Part shown: positions 55,140-64,000 of the stretch, one piece after another
Layout: the number at the start of each line of letters is the position of its first letter
Numbering within the stretch: position 1 is the first letter of the stretch
Assembly: GCA_020848655.1 (NCBI GenBank)
Contig: JADLHU010000115.1
Span: forward strand, 11,899-75,898
Direction of reading: 5' to 3'
DNA from: Novosphingobium sp.
GTDB taxonomy: Bacteria; Pseudomonadota; Alphaproteobacteria; Sphingomonadales; Sphingomonadaceae
DNA: 64,000 nt
The notes under the pieces: generated by a model
The model's input: the letters and a program-made list of their open reading frames with translations, nothing else
Told to the model about the DNA's origin: nothing
The model's database searches: none
Program-made: the position numbers and the translations under genes

Positions 55140-56663
55140 ATGGACAGCCTTGTGCAGGAACGCCCGACAGGATTGCAGGCGCCGTTCGCGGCCCGTTACG
55201 ACAACTTCATCGGCGGGCAGTGGGTCGCGCCGGCTTCGGGCCGCTATTTCGAGAACATCTCGCCGATCACCGGAAAGCCGGTGTGCCAGATCGCCCGGTC
55301 GGAAGCGGCGGACATCGAACTGGCGCTTGACGCGGCGCATCAGGCGAAGGACGCATGGGGCGAAACCCCGGTGGCGCAGCGATCGCTGATCCTGAACCGC
55401 ATCGCGGATCGGATGGAAGCCAATCTGGAAAAGCTCGCCACCGCCGAAACCTGGGACAACGGCAAGCCGATGCGCGAGACGATGGCCGCAGACCTGCCGC
55501 TGGCGATCGATCATTTCCGCTATTTCGCGGGCGTCATCCGCGGGCAGGAAGGCTCCATCGGGCAGATCGATGCCGATACCGTGGCCTACCATTTCCACGA
55601 ACCGCTGGGTGTCGTGGGCCAGATCATCCCCTGGAACTTCCCGCTGCTGATGGCCTGCTGGAAGCTGGCCCCGGCGCTGGCGGCGGGCAACTGCGTGGTG
55701 CTGAAGCCGGCCGAGCAGACCCCGGCCTCGATCATGGTGCTGGCCGAACTGATCGGCGATCTCCTGCCGCCGGGCGTGCTCAACATCGTCAACGGCTTCG
55801 GTCTGGAAGCGGGCAAGCCGCTGGCGTCGTCGAACCGCATCGCCAAGATCGCGTTTACCGGTGAAACCTCCACCGGCCGGCTGATCATGCAGTATGCCAG
55901 CGCCAACCTGATCCCGGTGACGCTGGAACTGGGCGGCAAAAGCCCCAACATCTTCTTCGAGGACGTCGCGCGCGAGGATGACGATTTCTTCGACAAGGCG
56001 ATCGAAGGCTTCGTGATGTTCGCGCTCAACCAGGGCGAGGTCTGCACCTGCCCCAGCCGCGCGCTGATCCACGAGAAGATCTATGACCGCTTCATGGAAC
56101 GCGCGCTGAAGCGCGTGGCCGCGATCGTGCAGGGCAATCCGCTCGATCCCGCCACGATGATCGGCGCGCAGGCTTCGGCCGAACAGCAGGCGAAGATCCT
56201 CGGCTATTTCGACATCGGTCGCGAGGAAGGCGCCGAACTGCTGATCGGCGGGGGCGCGGCGCAGCTTGGCGGCGATCTGGCCGGTGGCTTCTATGTGCAG
56301 CCCACGGTGTTTCGCGGCCACAACAAGATGCGCATCTTCCAGGAGGAAATCTTCGGACCGGTGGTTTCGGCCACCACCTTCCGCGATGCCGACGAGGCGC
56401 TGTCGATCGCCAATGACACGCTGTACGGCCTGGGCGCGGGCGTGTGGAGCCGCGATGCCAACACCTGTTATCGCTTCGGCCGCGCGATCCACGCGGGCCG
56501 GGTGTGGACCAATTGCTACCACGCCTATCCCGCCCACGCTGCGTTCGGCGGCTACAAGCAATCGGGCATCGGACGCGAAACGCATCGTATGATGCTGGAT
56601 CACTACCAGCAGACCAAGAACATGCTGGTCAGCTACAGCCCGAAGAAGCTGGGCTTCTTCTAA
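55140..56663 (+). CDS. aldB: Acetaldehyde dehydrogenase (AldB/ExaC type)
   Basis: 'IIPWNFP', 'FTGET..G', 'LELGGKSP', '[11 protein letters not shown]', 'EEIFGP', C-terminal 'LGFF'. Confidence 0.94.
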   Translation: MDSLVQERPTGLQAPFAARYDNFIGGQWVAPASGRYFENISPITGKPVCQIARSEAADIELALDAAHQAKDAWGETPVAQRSLILNRIADRMEANLEKLATAETWDNGKPMRETMAADLPLAIDHFRYFAGVIRGQEGSIGQIDADTVAYHFHEPLGVVGQIIPWNFPLLMACWKLAPALAAGNCVVLKPAEQTPASIMVLAELIGDLLPPGVLNIVNGFGLEAGKPLASSNRIAKIAFTGETSTGRLIMQYASANLIPVTLELGGKSPNIFFEDVAREDDDFFDKAIEGFVMFALNQGEVCTCPSRALIHEKIYDRFMERALKRVAAIVQGNPLDPATMIGAQASAEQQAKILGYFDIGREEGAELLIGGGAAQLGGDLAGGFYVQPTVFRGHNKMRIFQEEIFGPVVSATTFRDADEALSIANDTLYGLGAGVWSRDANTCYRFGRAIHAGRVWTNCYHAYPAHAAFGGYKQSGIGRETHRMMLDHYQQTKNMLVSYSPKKLGFF

Positions 56664-56745
56664 GGTTTCGCAACCTTTCCCTCGCCCGCGCGCTTCCCCT
56701 CCCGTACCCACCGGCGCGCGGGCACCCCATCACCGGAGATAGAGT

Positions 56746-57777
56746 TTGGCCAAGACCATGAAAGCGGCCGTCGTTCGCGAGTTCGGCAAGCCGCTGACGA
56801 TTGATGAAGTGCCCGTTCCCGAAGTTGGCCCCGGCCAGATCCAGGTCGCCATCCAGGCATCGGGCGTATGCCACACCGATCTCCACGCGGCCGAAGGGGA
56901 CTGGCCGGTCAAGCCCAATCCGCCGTTCATACCCGGCCACGAAGGTGTGGGCTTCGTCTCGGCGGTCGGCGCCGGGGTAACCCATGTCAAGGAAGGCGAT
57001 CGGGTGGGCGTGCCCTGGCTCTATTCGGCCTGCGGCCACTGCGTGCATTGCCTGGGTGGATGGGAAACGCTGTGCGTCGATCAGCTCAACACCGGCTATT
57101 CGGTGAACGGCGGCTTTGCCGATTACGTGATCGCTGATCCGAACTATATCGGCCACTTGCCGGCGAACCTCTCGTTCACCGAGATCGCGCCCGTGCTCTG
57201 CGCCGGGGTGACGGTCTACAAGGGCCTCAAGATGACCGACACCAAGCCGGGTGACTATGTCGCCATCAGCGGCATCGGCGGGCTGGGGCACATGGCGGTG
57301 CAATATGCCAAGGCCATGGGGCTGAACGTGGCGGCGATCGACATCGATGACGCCAAGCTGGACCTCGCGCGTCGCCTCGGCGCGACGATCACCGTCAACG
57401 CGCTGAACGAAGACCCCGAAACGGTCATCAAGCGCGAGACCGGCGGCGGCGTGAACGGCGTGCTGGTAACGGCGGTCAGCGAAAAGGCCTTCGCCCAGGC
57501 GGTCAACGTGGTGGCGCGCGGCGGCACGGTGGCGCTCAACGGGTTGCCGCCGGGCGATTTCCCGCTCAATATCTTCGGCATGGTTCTGAACGGCATCACC
57601 GTGCGCGGCTCGATCGTCGGCACCCGGCTCGATCTGCAGGAATCGCTGGAATTCGCGGCGCCGGGCAAAGTGCGCGCAACCGTGGAAACCGCGCGGCTGG
57701 AAGACATCAACCAGATTTTCGACCGTATGCACAAGGGCCAGATCGAGGGGCGCGTCGTGCTGGACATGACGGCCTGA
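56746..57777 (+). CDS. adhP: Zn-dependent alcohol dehydrogenase AdhP
   Basis: 'GVCHTD', 'GHEG.G', four structural Cys, 'G.GGLG'; TTG start with GGAG RBS. Confidence 0.95.
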   Translation: MAKTMKAAVVREFGKPLTIDEVPVPEVGPGQIQVAIQASGVCHTDLHAAEGDWPVKPNPPFIPGHEGVGFVSAVGAGVTHVKEGDRVGVPWLYSACGHCVHCLGGWETLCVDQLNTGYSVNGGFADYVIADPNYIGHLPANLSFTEIAPVLCAGVTVYKGLKMTDTKPGDYVAISGIGGLGHMAVQYAKAMGLNVAAIDIDDAKLDLARRLGATITVNALNEDPETVIKRETGGGVNGVLVTAVSEKAFAQAVNVVARGGTVALNGLPPGDFPLNIFGMVLNGITVRGSIVGTRLDLQESLEFAAPGKVRATVETARLEDINQIFDRMHKGQIEGRVVLDMTA

Positions 57778-57802
57778 TCGCGCCTGCGGCCGGATGCCGC
57801 CG

Positions 57803-58777
57803 TCAGGGCATTCGCGCCCCTTCGCGGCGGAAGGCATAGGTATCGTCCAGCCGGCTGCGCAAGTAGTCGGCGGCGGTGACGGGCGGATAGCGCGGCGGGC
57901 GATCGGGCGTCTCGCAGGTCGGCAGGCAGGCGATCAGCGCGTCCGGGTTGGGATCGAAGAAGAACGCGATCGAATGGCGCAGCCGCGCAGTGCGGTTCAT
58001 CACGCGGTGCGGGGTGGATTTGTAGGTGTCGTTGCTCCACCGCATCAGGCAATCACCGATGTTGCACACGAACGCGCCGGGCACCGGGGGCGCGGCGATC
58101 CAGGCGCCGTCACGCGTCTGCACTTCCAGCCCGCCGGTCTGGTCCTGCGACAGGATGGTGAGGCTGCCGTAATCGGTATGGGCACCCGCGCCGGGCCGGT
58201 CGGGCGCGGCGGCGCCGGCGGGATAGCGCAGCAGGCGCAGCGTCGCCAGCGGCCGGTCGATATAGGGCGCGAACCAGCCCCGCGGCAGGCCAAGGTCTAT
58301 CGCGAAGGCGATGTGCAGGCGTTCGGCCAGGCGGTGCATGGTGGTGTAGTATTCGGTCATGCAGACCTCGAAGCCGGGCAGGTCGGGCCACTGGTTCGGC
58401 CCGGCCGAAGGCAGATCGGGGTCGAACACTTCGCCCTGCGCCGGTTCGCGCCCGACGTTGAAAGCTTCCTTGAAATCGGCCGCGTCATCGGGATCGAGGC
58501 TTTCCGAGGTCAGCCCGGCATAGCCCCGGTTGTTCATCGAGCGCGAGATCGCCAGCGCGGTCTTGTCGGCCAGCGGCAGGTCGAAGAAGCAGGCCGACTG
58601 GGCATAGGCGCGCATCGAAAGATCGTCGGGCACGCCATGGCCGGCGATATAGAAGAAGCCGATGTTGCGGCACGCCTCGCCGATCGTGCGGGCCACCGCC
58701 TGGATCGCCGCTTCGTCGTCGCTGCCCAGCGGCGCCACGTCGATGATGGGCAGGACCGCATCCTCAGCCTTGTTCAT
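57803..58777 (-). CDS. IPNS-like 2OG-Fe(II) oxygenase
   Basis: 'LPIID', 'GFFY..GHG', 'NRGY', 'HTDYG', 'HRV', 'R.S'. Confidence 0.92.
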   Translation of the reverse strand: MNKAEDAVLPIIDVAPLGSDDEAAIQAVARTIGEACRNIGFFYIAGHGVPDDLSMRAYAQSACFFDLPLADKTALAISRSMNNRGYAGLTSESLDPDDAADFKEAFNVGREPAQGEVFDPDLPSAGPNQWPDLPGFEVCMTEYYTTMHRLAERLHIAFAIDLGLPRGWFAPYIDRPLATLRLLRYPAGAAAPDRPGAGAHTDYGSLTILSQDQTGGLEVQTRDGAWIAAPPVPGAFVCNIGDCLMRWSNDTYKSTPHRVMNRTARLRHSIAFFFDPNPDALIACLPTCETPDRPPRYPPVTAADYLRSRLDDTYAFRREGARMP

Positions 58778-58849
58778 GGCATTTCTCGTCCTGTTGGAAA
58801 TCGGGGGTGAAGCGGGCCGGCGCAGGAAGCGCACCGGCCCACCTCGGGA

Positions 58850-61237
58850 TCAGAAGCGCGCCCGGAAGGCGAGCAGCGCGGTGCGGCCTTCGCCGGGGAA
58901 GGCGGCGCTTTCGGTGTACGTGCTGCGCTGACGGATGTAATATCGCTCGTTCAGGATGTTGTTCACCTTCAGCGACACGCGGAATTGCGCGAAGTCATAG
59001 TGCACCGATCCGCGCAGCAGCGTGTAGGACGGGAAGGTCACGCTGTTCGGCAACTGGCCCCTGGTCTGGTCGATCCAGTTGCCGCCGATCGTCGCGCCAA
59101 GTCCGTTGCCCATTTCATAGTTGGCGAACAGGCCCAGCACGTTGCGCGGCATCGTGCGGTCGACATAGCCGGTGGAATAGCCGGGGAACGAGCAGGTGGA
59201 GGCCTGATAGATGATGCCCCAGCCGTTCTCGTCGGCCAGACCGAAGTCGGATGGGCGGACCGCCAGGAACGAGCAGCCGGAAATCCGCGTCTTCTGCCGC
59301 GTCGCCACGGCGGAAACGCCGAAGTTGCGGTTGATCGCCCAGCGCAGTTCGCCTTCCAGCCCCTTGGTGGTGGCGCCCACGAAATTTCCGCTGAGCAGTT
59401 CCGCCTGCCGCCGCTGCTGCTTGTAGGCCGACAGCGCCAGGAACAATCGGTCCTCGAATAACGAGGCCTTGATGCCGGCTTCAGTCAGCTTGGTGGGCGA
59501 AAGGAATTGGCCCGAACGCACCGCGCCCGGCAGAATCGCGCCGCCTTGCGTGGTTTCCAGCGCATAGGACTTGCCTTTGGTGACATAGGGCACCAGGCCG
59601 AAGGGCAGGGTCAGGCTGGCGCTGATCGACCAGCTTATCGCATCGGGATTGCCGCGATAGGTGGTGTTGAGCGGAGCCGAGAAATCGACGATGCCGGTGT
59701 TGCGCGATTTCACGTCATAGCTGTCATACCGCGCGCCGCCGGTGATCTGCACCAGATCGGCAACAGAGGCGGCGGCGTTGAAGAACACGCCCATGCCATC
59801 GATCTGCGAATGATAGTGCTGGTCCCACTGGCCGCCATATTCGTAGATCGGGTTGAACACGTCGTCGGGCGTCGACCCCACCGACATGTCCTGGCGGTCT
59901 ATCACCATGTAGCCGCGCGCGAAGACATAGCCTTCCTCGGACGTATAGCGCCGGTATCCCGCGCCCGCGACGTAATCGACCTTCAGCCAGTTCGACGGGT
60001 CGATCTTGCCGGTGAGCGACAGACGCAGCTCCTCCGCCCGTTCGCGCAGTCGCTTGGCAAAGCCATAGCCGTTGTAGGAATCGGCGTTGAGGTCATCCAG
60101 AAAGCCCTGGAGCTTGAGCACACCGGGACCTACGGCATGGCTAAGGTCGAACCAGGCCGTCACCGTGTCGGCATCGCCGAAATCGTAGGGCGAAGTGATC
60201 ACCGAGCGGCGCGAAAGCTGCACGTCCTTGATCGTCGCCGGATCGAGTTTGGAATAGGCGTTGGCCAGCGCGAAAAACTTGGTCACGCCGCCTGCCGCGA
60301 CGATGTCGGCCGGCAGGATATAGGCGGCGCCCGGCTTGACCAGCGCGGCGATCGGCTTGCCCGAAACGTAAGTGCCGTTGTCGATCAGGTCCTGCGTCAG
60401 GCGGTTGACGCCGGTCGATCCCTGCATGCCGCTGCCGCTGTAATATTGCGCGCCGATCTGCAGTTCGAAGCCGGCGGGCAGATCGGTGGCGAAGCTGGCC
60501 TGCGCCAGGTGGCTGCGCGGCTTGATGCCTTTGTAGTACTGCGAGGACTGGAGATATTCGTAGTAGACGTCGAACCCCGCATCGTGATCGCCCAGCTTGA
60601 TCGGCGCGCCATATTCCGCTTCGCCGCGCAGCAGGTTGTAGGTGCCGGCCGCCAGATCGACCTGGCCCAGCGCCGCCTGCCCGTTCTTGAAGCGCAGCGC
60701 GCGATCGGCGCGGGGGTTGAAGTTGACATAGCCCCCGGCGCGCCCCGTGCCATAGGCGGGCGAGGCGACGCCGCGCACGATCTCCAGGTTCAGCGCGCCC
60801 TCGATCGGGGTCACGAACGTGCCCTGGTTCTCCACGCGCTTGAAGCCGCGGAAGAAGTTGTCGGCATATTCGCCGCGAATGTTCACCGATCCGTCGACGC
60901 CGTAGAAGCTGTTGGTGAACACGCCGGGCGTCACCGCCACCAGGTCGCGCACCGTGGTCAGGCTGTACTGGTCCATCATCGCCAGCGACACGGTGGACGT
61001 GGAGCGCGGCGTTTCCAGTTGCGACTGGCCAAGGCCCAGCGCGTCGGTTTCGGTCGGCAGGATGGCGGAGCGGTTGCGCTCGCCGGTGACGAGGATGTCG
61101 CTTTCGGCCGCGTCCGAAGGCACGGCGGCGGTGGATGCGTCCGCGTCGCCAGCCCCGGCATGGGCCGGCGCGGAAGACAAAGCGAGGGTGATCGCGGCAC
61201 CGGCGGTGCCGCGGAGCAGGTATCCGGCAATGGTCAT
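58850..61237 (-). CDS. TonB-dependent receptor
   Basis: Signal peptide, 'DILVTG', 'ETPRS', 'IRG', C-terminal 'RARF'. Confidence 0.92.
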   Translation of the reverse strand: MTIAGYLLRGTAGAAITLALSSAPAHAGAGDADASTAAVPSDAAESDILVTGERNRSAILPTETDALGLGQSQLETPRSTSTVSLAMMDQYSLTTVRDLVAVTPGVFTNSFYGVDGSVNIRGEYADNFFRGFKRVENQGTFVTPIEGALNLEIVRGVASPAYGTGRAGGYVNFNPRADRALRFKNGQAALGQVDLAAGTYNLLRGEAEYGAPIKLGDHDAGFDVYYEYLQSSQYYKGIKPRSHLAQASFATDLPAGFELQIGAQYYSGSGMQGSTGVNRLTQDLIDNGTYVSGKPIAALVKPGAAYILPADIVAAGGVTKFFALANAYSKLDPATIKDVQLSRRSVITSPYDFGDADTVTAWFDLSHAVGPGVLKLQGFLDDLNADSYNGYGFAKRLRERAEELRLSLTGKIDPSNWLKVDYVAGAGYRRYTSEEGYVFARGYMVIDRQDMSVGSTPDDVFNPIYEYGGQWDQHYHSQIDGMGVFFNAAASVADLVQITGGARYDSYDVKSRNTGIVDFSAPLNTTYRGNPDAISWSISASLTLPFGLVPYVTKGKSYALETTQGGAILPGAVRSGQFLSPTKLTEAGIKASLFEDRLFLALSAYKQQRRQAELLSGNFVGATTKGLEGELRWAINRNFGVSAVATRQKTRISGCSFLAVRPSDFGLADENGWGIIYQASTCSFPGYSTGYVDRTMPRNVLGLFANYEMGNGLGATIGGNWIDQTRGQLPNSVTFPSYTLLRGSVHYDFAQFRVSLKVNNILNERYYIRQRSTYTESAAFPGEGRTALLAFRARF

Positions 61238-61301
61238 GGCAGTTTTCCCCTGAAGAAAAGTCCGTCGAAAGAGGAACTCAAATTATTGTTATTATTTATT
61301 T

Positions 61302-62348
61302 TTATTGTTTCTTGAACATGGTGTCGTAGAACTTGACGTAATACGATCGCATGTAATCGCCGTTCAGGAATGGCTTGTAGAGCGATGGCCGATCGGCGCT
61401 GACGAAGGCCTCGATCGGCTCCACCAGCACGTCGCGGTCGGGATTCATGAACATCGTCGCCGAATAGCGGTCGACGCGCTGGCGGCTGACGACACGGTGG
61501 TGGGTGGAAACGAATTCACCGTTGGTCCATCCCATCATCGTATCGCCGATGTTGATCACATAGGCGCCGGGCAGCGGCGGGGCGCTGATCCAGCGGCCGT
61601 CGCGCAGCTTCACTTCCAGCCCGCTGACATCGTCCTGAAGCAGCACGGTGAAGGAAGAGGCATCGGCATGCGCGCCGACGCCCACGTCGCTCGACGGCGC
61701 GTCATCGGCCGGGGCGGGGTAGTAGTTCAGCCCGAAGGCGGCGAGCGGGCTGCGGTGCAGCGCGACGAAATGCGCCTCGTCCAGCCCCAGCGCGATGGCG
61801 AAGGCGCGTTCCAGTTCCTCGCCCAGCGTCAGCAGCGCGCGCTGGTTCAGCATCATGGTCTCGACGAAACCGGGTTGCCCCGAGGGCCAGCGGTTCGACT
61901 GGTAGACCGGATCGTCGTTTTCGAAATTGGGATCGCTGGCGGGGATGACGCGCATCATCGTGAACTGTTCGAGCGTGCCGCCCGAAACAGATGTGGACGC
62001 GCGGCCCTCCTCGGTCAGCGAGGCGCCGGGGCGGGTGCCTTCGGCCGCCCCGCGCGAGGGCATGTAGCCGCACCACTGCCCGTCGAGCAGCGGCGCGCAT
62101 TGCATCTTTTCGGCGCGCGGACGCGCGAAGAAGGCCCGCGATTCGGCCAGAACGCGCTGGCGCAGGCTTTCGGGCACGCCGTGGCCCGTCAGATAAAAGA
62201 AGCCGACCTCGCGGCAGGCCTGGCCGATCAGCGCGGCGGTGGCGGCGCGGGCCGCCGCGTCGCCGTTCAGGAACGGCGCGAAATCGATCACCGGGATGGC
62301 ATCGAGCGCGATCTCGTCGGGCCGTTCGTAGACAAGCGGTGCGTTCAT
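61302..62348 (-). CDS. IPNS-like 2OG-Fe(II) oxygenase
   Basis: 'IPVIDF', 'GFFY..GHG', 'HAD', 'HRV', 'RYS'. Confidence 0.92.
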   Translation of the reverse strand: MNAPLVYERPDEIALDAIPVIDFAPFLNGDAAARAATAALIGQACREVGFFYLTGHGVPESLRQRVLAESRAFFARPRAEKMQCAPLLDGQWCGYMPSRGAAEGTRPGASLTEEGRASTSVSGGTLEQFTMMRVIPASDPNFENDDPVYQSNRWPSGQPGFVETMMLNQRALLTLGEELERAFAIALGLDEAHFVALHRSPLAAFGLNYYPAPADDAPSSDVGVGAHADASSFTVLLQDDVSGLEVKLRDGRWISAPPLPGAYVINIGDTMMGWTNGEFVSTHHRVVSRQRVDRYSATMFMNPDRDVLVEPIEAFVSADRPSLYKPFLNGDYMRSYYVKFYDTMFKKQ

Positions 62349-63355
62349 GATGCGAGGGTTCCCTTGCGAAGGTTCTGGCGCGCCAGCCAGTCGGCCAGGC
62401 GGCCGTCGGGGCGCAGCACCGGTTCGATCAGGGCGGCGGCCACGATCAGCAGGCCGACGAAGACCTGCACCCAGTTGCCCTGCGCGCCGATCAGGACCAG
62501 CCCGGTCTGGAGCATCGAAACGATGATCGCGCCGATCAGCGTGCCCGTGGCGGTGCCGATGCCGCCCGAAAGCGCCGCGCCGCCGATGATCACTGCGGCG
62601 ATGATCGCCAGTTCGCCGCCGCTGCCGGTGTTGGGCGCGCCCAGCCGCAGCCAGCCGGTGGTCAGCGCTCCGGCCAGCCCGCAGGCGAGGCCGAGCAGCG
62701 TGAACGTGCGGATCTTCACTCCGCCGGGGTTCACGCCCATCTGCAAGGCGGCGCGTTCGTTACCTCCGGTGGCGTAAAGGTGCGCGCCGAAGCGGGTGTA
62801 GCGCAGCACGAAGCCCGTGATCGCGAAGACCAGCGCCGCCCAGATCACTTGCGCGGGCAGCGGGCCGATATGGCCGCCGGCCACCGAGAAGAAGCTGCTT
62901 TCGACCGAGGCGGGAATATCGATCGACAGGCCCATGGTGATGACCAGCGCCAGTCCGCGCAGCAGGCTGAGCATACCGATGGTAAGGATGAACGAAGGCA
63001 CCCCCAGGCGCACCACGGCCAGTCCGTTGAACAGCCCGATCAATCCGCCCAGCATGGTCGCCAGCAGCGCCGCGGCCCAGGGATTCCAGCCCCAGTCCAT
63101 GATCGCCAGCGCGGCGACGATGCTGCACAGGCCATAGTTGGAGCCGATCGACAGGTCGACCTCGCCCGCGATCACCAGCATTGTCAGGGGCAGCCCGACG
63201 AGCAGCGTGAAGGCCGTGATGCGCAGGATCTCGAACTGGGTCTGCGTTTCCAGGAAATGCGGCGCGGCGGCCGCGAAGCCGATGAACAGCACCGCCGCGA
63301 CCAGCGCCATGGCGGCCTGGCGGTCGAACAGGCGCGACAGCGTGGCCGGGGTCAT
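62345..63355 (-). CDS. CUT2 (ribose-type) ABC transporter permease
   Basis: 'DLSIG', 'G.PSFI.T', 'GGN..AA..MG', 'IAAVIIGG....GG.G'. Confidence 0.92.
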   Translation of the reverse strand: MTPATLSRLFDRQAAMALVAAVLFIGFAAAAPHFLETQTQFEILRITAFTLLVGLPLTMLVIAGEVDLSIGSNYGLCSIVAALAIMDWGWNPWAAALLATMLGGLIGLFNGLAVVRLGVPSFILTIGMLSLLRGLALVITMGLSIDIPASVESSFFSVAGGHIGPLPAQVIWAALVFAITGFVLRYTRFGAHLYATGGNERAALQMGVNPGGVKIRTFTLLGLACGLAGALTTGWLRLGAPNTGSGGELAIIAAVIIGGAALSGGIGTATGTLIGAIIVSMLQTGLVLIGAQGNWVQVFVGLLIVAAALIEPVLRPDGRLADWLARQNLRKGTLAS

Positions 63356-64000
63356 GGCCGGGCCTCCTCGACCGCGCCGGTCATCAGCGAGACGACATCG
63401 TGGCGGGTCAGCTCCGCAATGGGGCGGTCGGCCACTTTCGCGCCCAGCCGCAGCACCACGACGCGGTCGGCGATCTCGAAGACGTTTTCCATGTTGTGGC
63501 TGACCAGCAGCACCGCCGCGCCCTCGGCGCGGATGCGGCGCACCAGATCGAGCACTTTCGCCGTCTCGCGCACGCCCAGCGCGGCGGTCGGCTCGTCCAG
63601 GATGACGATGCGCGCACCGGCCAGCACGGTGCGCGCCACCGCGATCGCCTGGCGCTGCCCGCCCGAAAGCGCGCGAACGGGCGTGTTCAGCGGCGGCAGC
63701 GAAACGCGCAACTGCTCGAACACGGCCTGTGCCTCGCGGTAAAGGCGGCGTCGGTCGAGCAGGAAGCCGAACTTCAGCGGTTCGCGCCCCAGGAACAGGT
63801 TCTCCGCGATGTCGCGATCGTCGACAAGCGCCAGCGTCTGGAAGACGGTGGCGATGCCGGCATCGCGCGCGGCCTGCGGCGATGTGATCGCAACCGGCGC
63901 GCCATCGATGCGGATTTCGCCGGCGCTGGGCCGGGTCACGCCCGAAAGGAGCGAGATCAGCGTGGACTTGCCCGCGCCGTTATCGCCCAGCAGCGCGGTG
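63352..64000 (-). CDS. Sugar ABC transporter ATP-binding protein (5' truncated by window end)
   Basis: Walker A GDNGAGKST in frame at about 63961-63987, 'LSGGQRQ', 'ILDEPT', 'SHN'. Confidence 0.93.
   Translation of the reverse strand, partial: TALLGDNGAGKSTLISLLSGVTRPSAGEIRIDGAPVAITSPQAARDAGIATVFQTLALVDDRDIAENLFLGREPLKFGFLLDRRRLYREAQAVFEQLRVSLPPLNTPVRALSGGQRQAIAVARTVLAGARIVILDEPTAALGVRETAKVLDLVRRIRAEGAAVLLVSHNMENVFEIADRVVVLRLGAKVADRPIAELTRHDVVSLMTGAVEEARP

Overview
High-GC alphaproteobacterial chromosome segment; gene content and promoter/RBS style suggest a sphingomonad (Novosphingobium-like), which is inference. About 47 genes are supported; I saw no tRNA, rRNA, CRISPR array, integrase or transposase. 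From left to right: a TolC fragment, SPFH/NfeD, msrB, a class A PBP, a 2OG-dioxygenase/LysE/MocR/DMT module and rpoZ. Then comes a ~32 kb region (9.2-41.1 kb) rich in phosphate-starvation genes: TonB receptor plus Cys-rich lipoprotein, a small TPR protein, a minimal virB1-2-3-4-6-9-10-11 type IV secretion operon (no VirB5/7/8, VirD4 or relaxase in the window), ppk1-ppx, a TonB receptor plus nucleotide phosphodiesterase, a transglutaminase/ATP-grasp operon, dps, PilZ and phoX. Pho-box-like 11-bp-period repeats lie upstream of the lipoprotein, virB1, ppk1, the second TonB receptor and phoX. The rest holds a DUF2946 (RGPP-ending) uORF-TonB-PepSY probable copper-uptake operon, a GGDEF-EAL protein, an RND pump, a GAF-Fis regulator with aldehyde and alcohol dehydrogenases, and an ABC/TonB/twin 2OG-oxygenase cluster. 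The best candidate for an undescribed system is the domesticated, apparently PhoB-controlled minimal T4SS. All family calls come from motif recognition by eye, not database searches.
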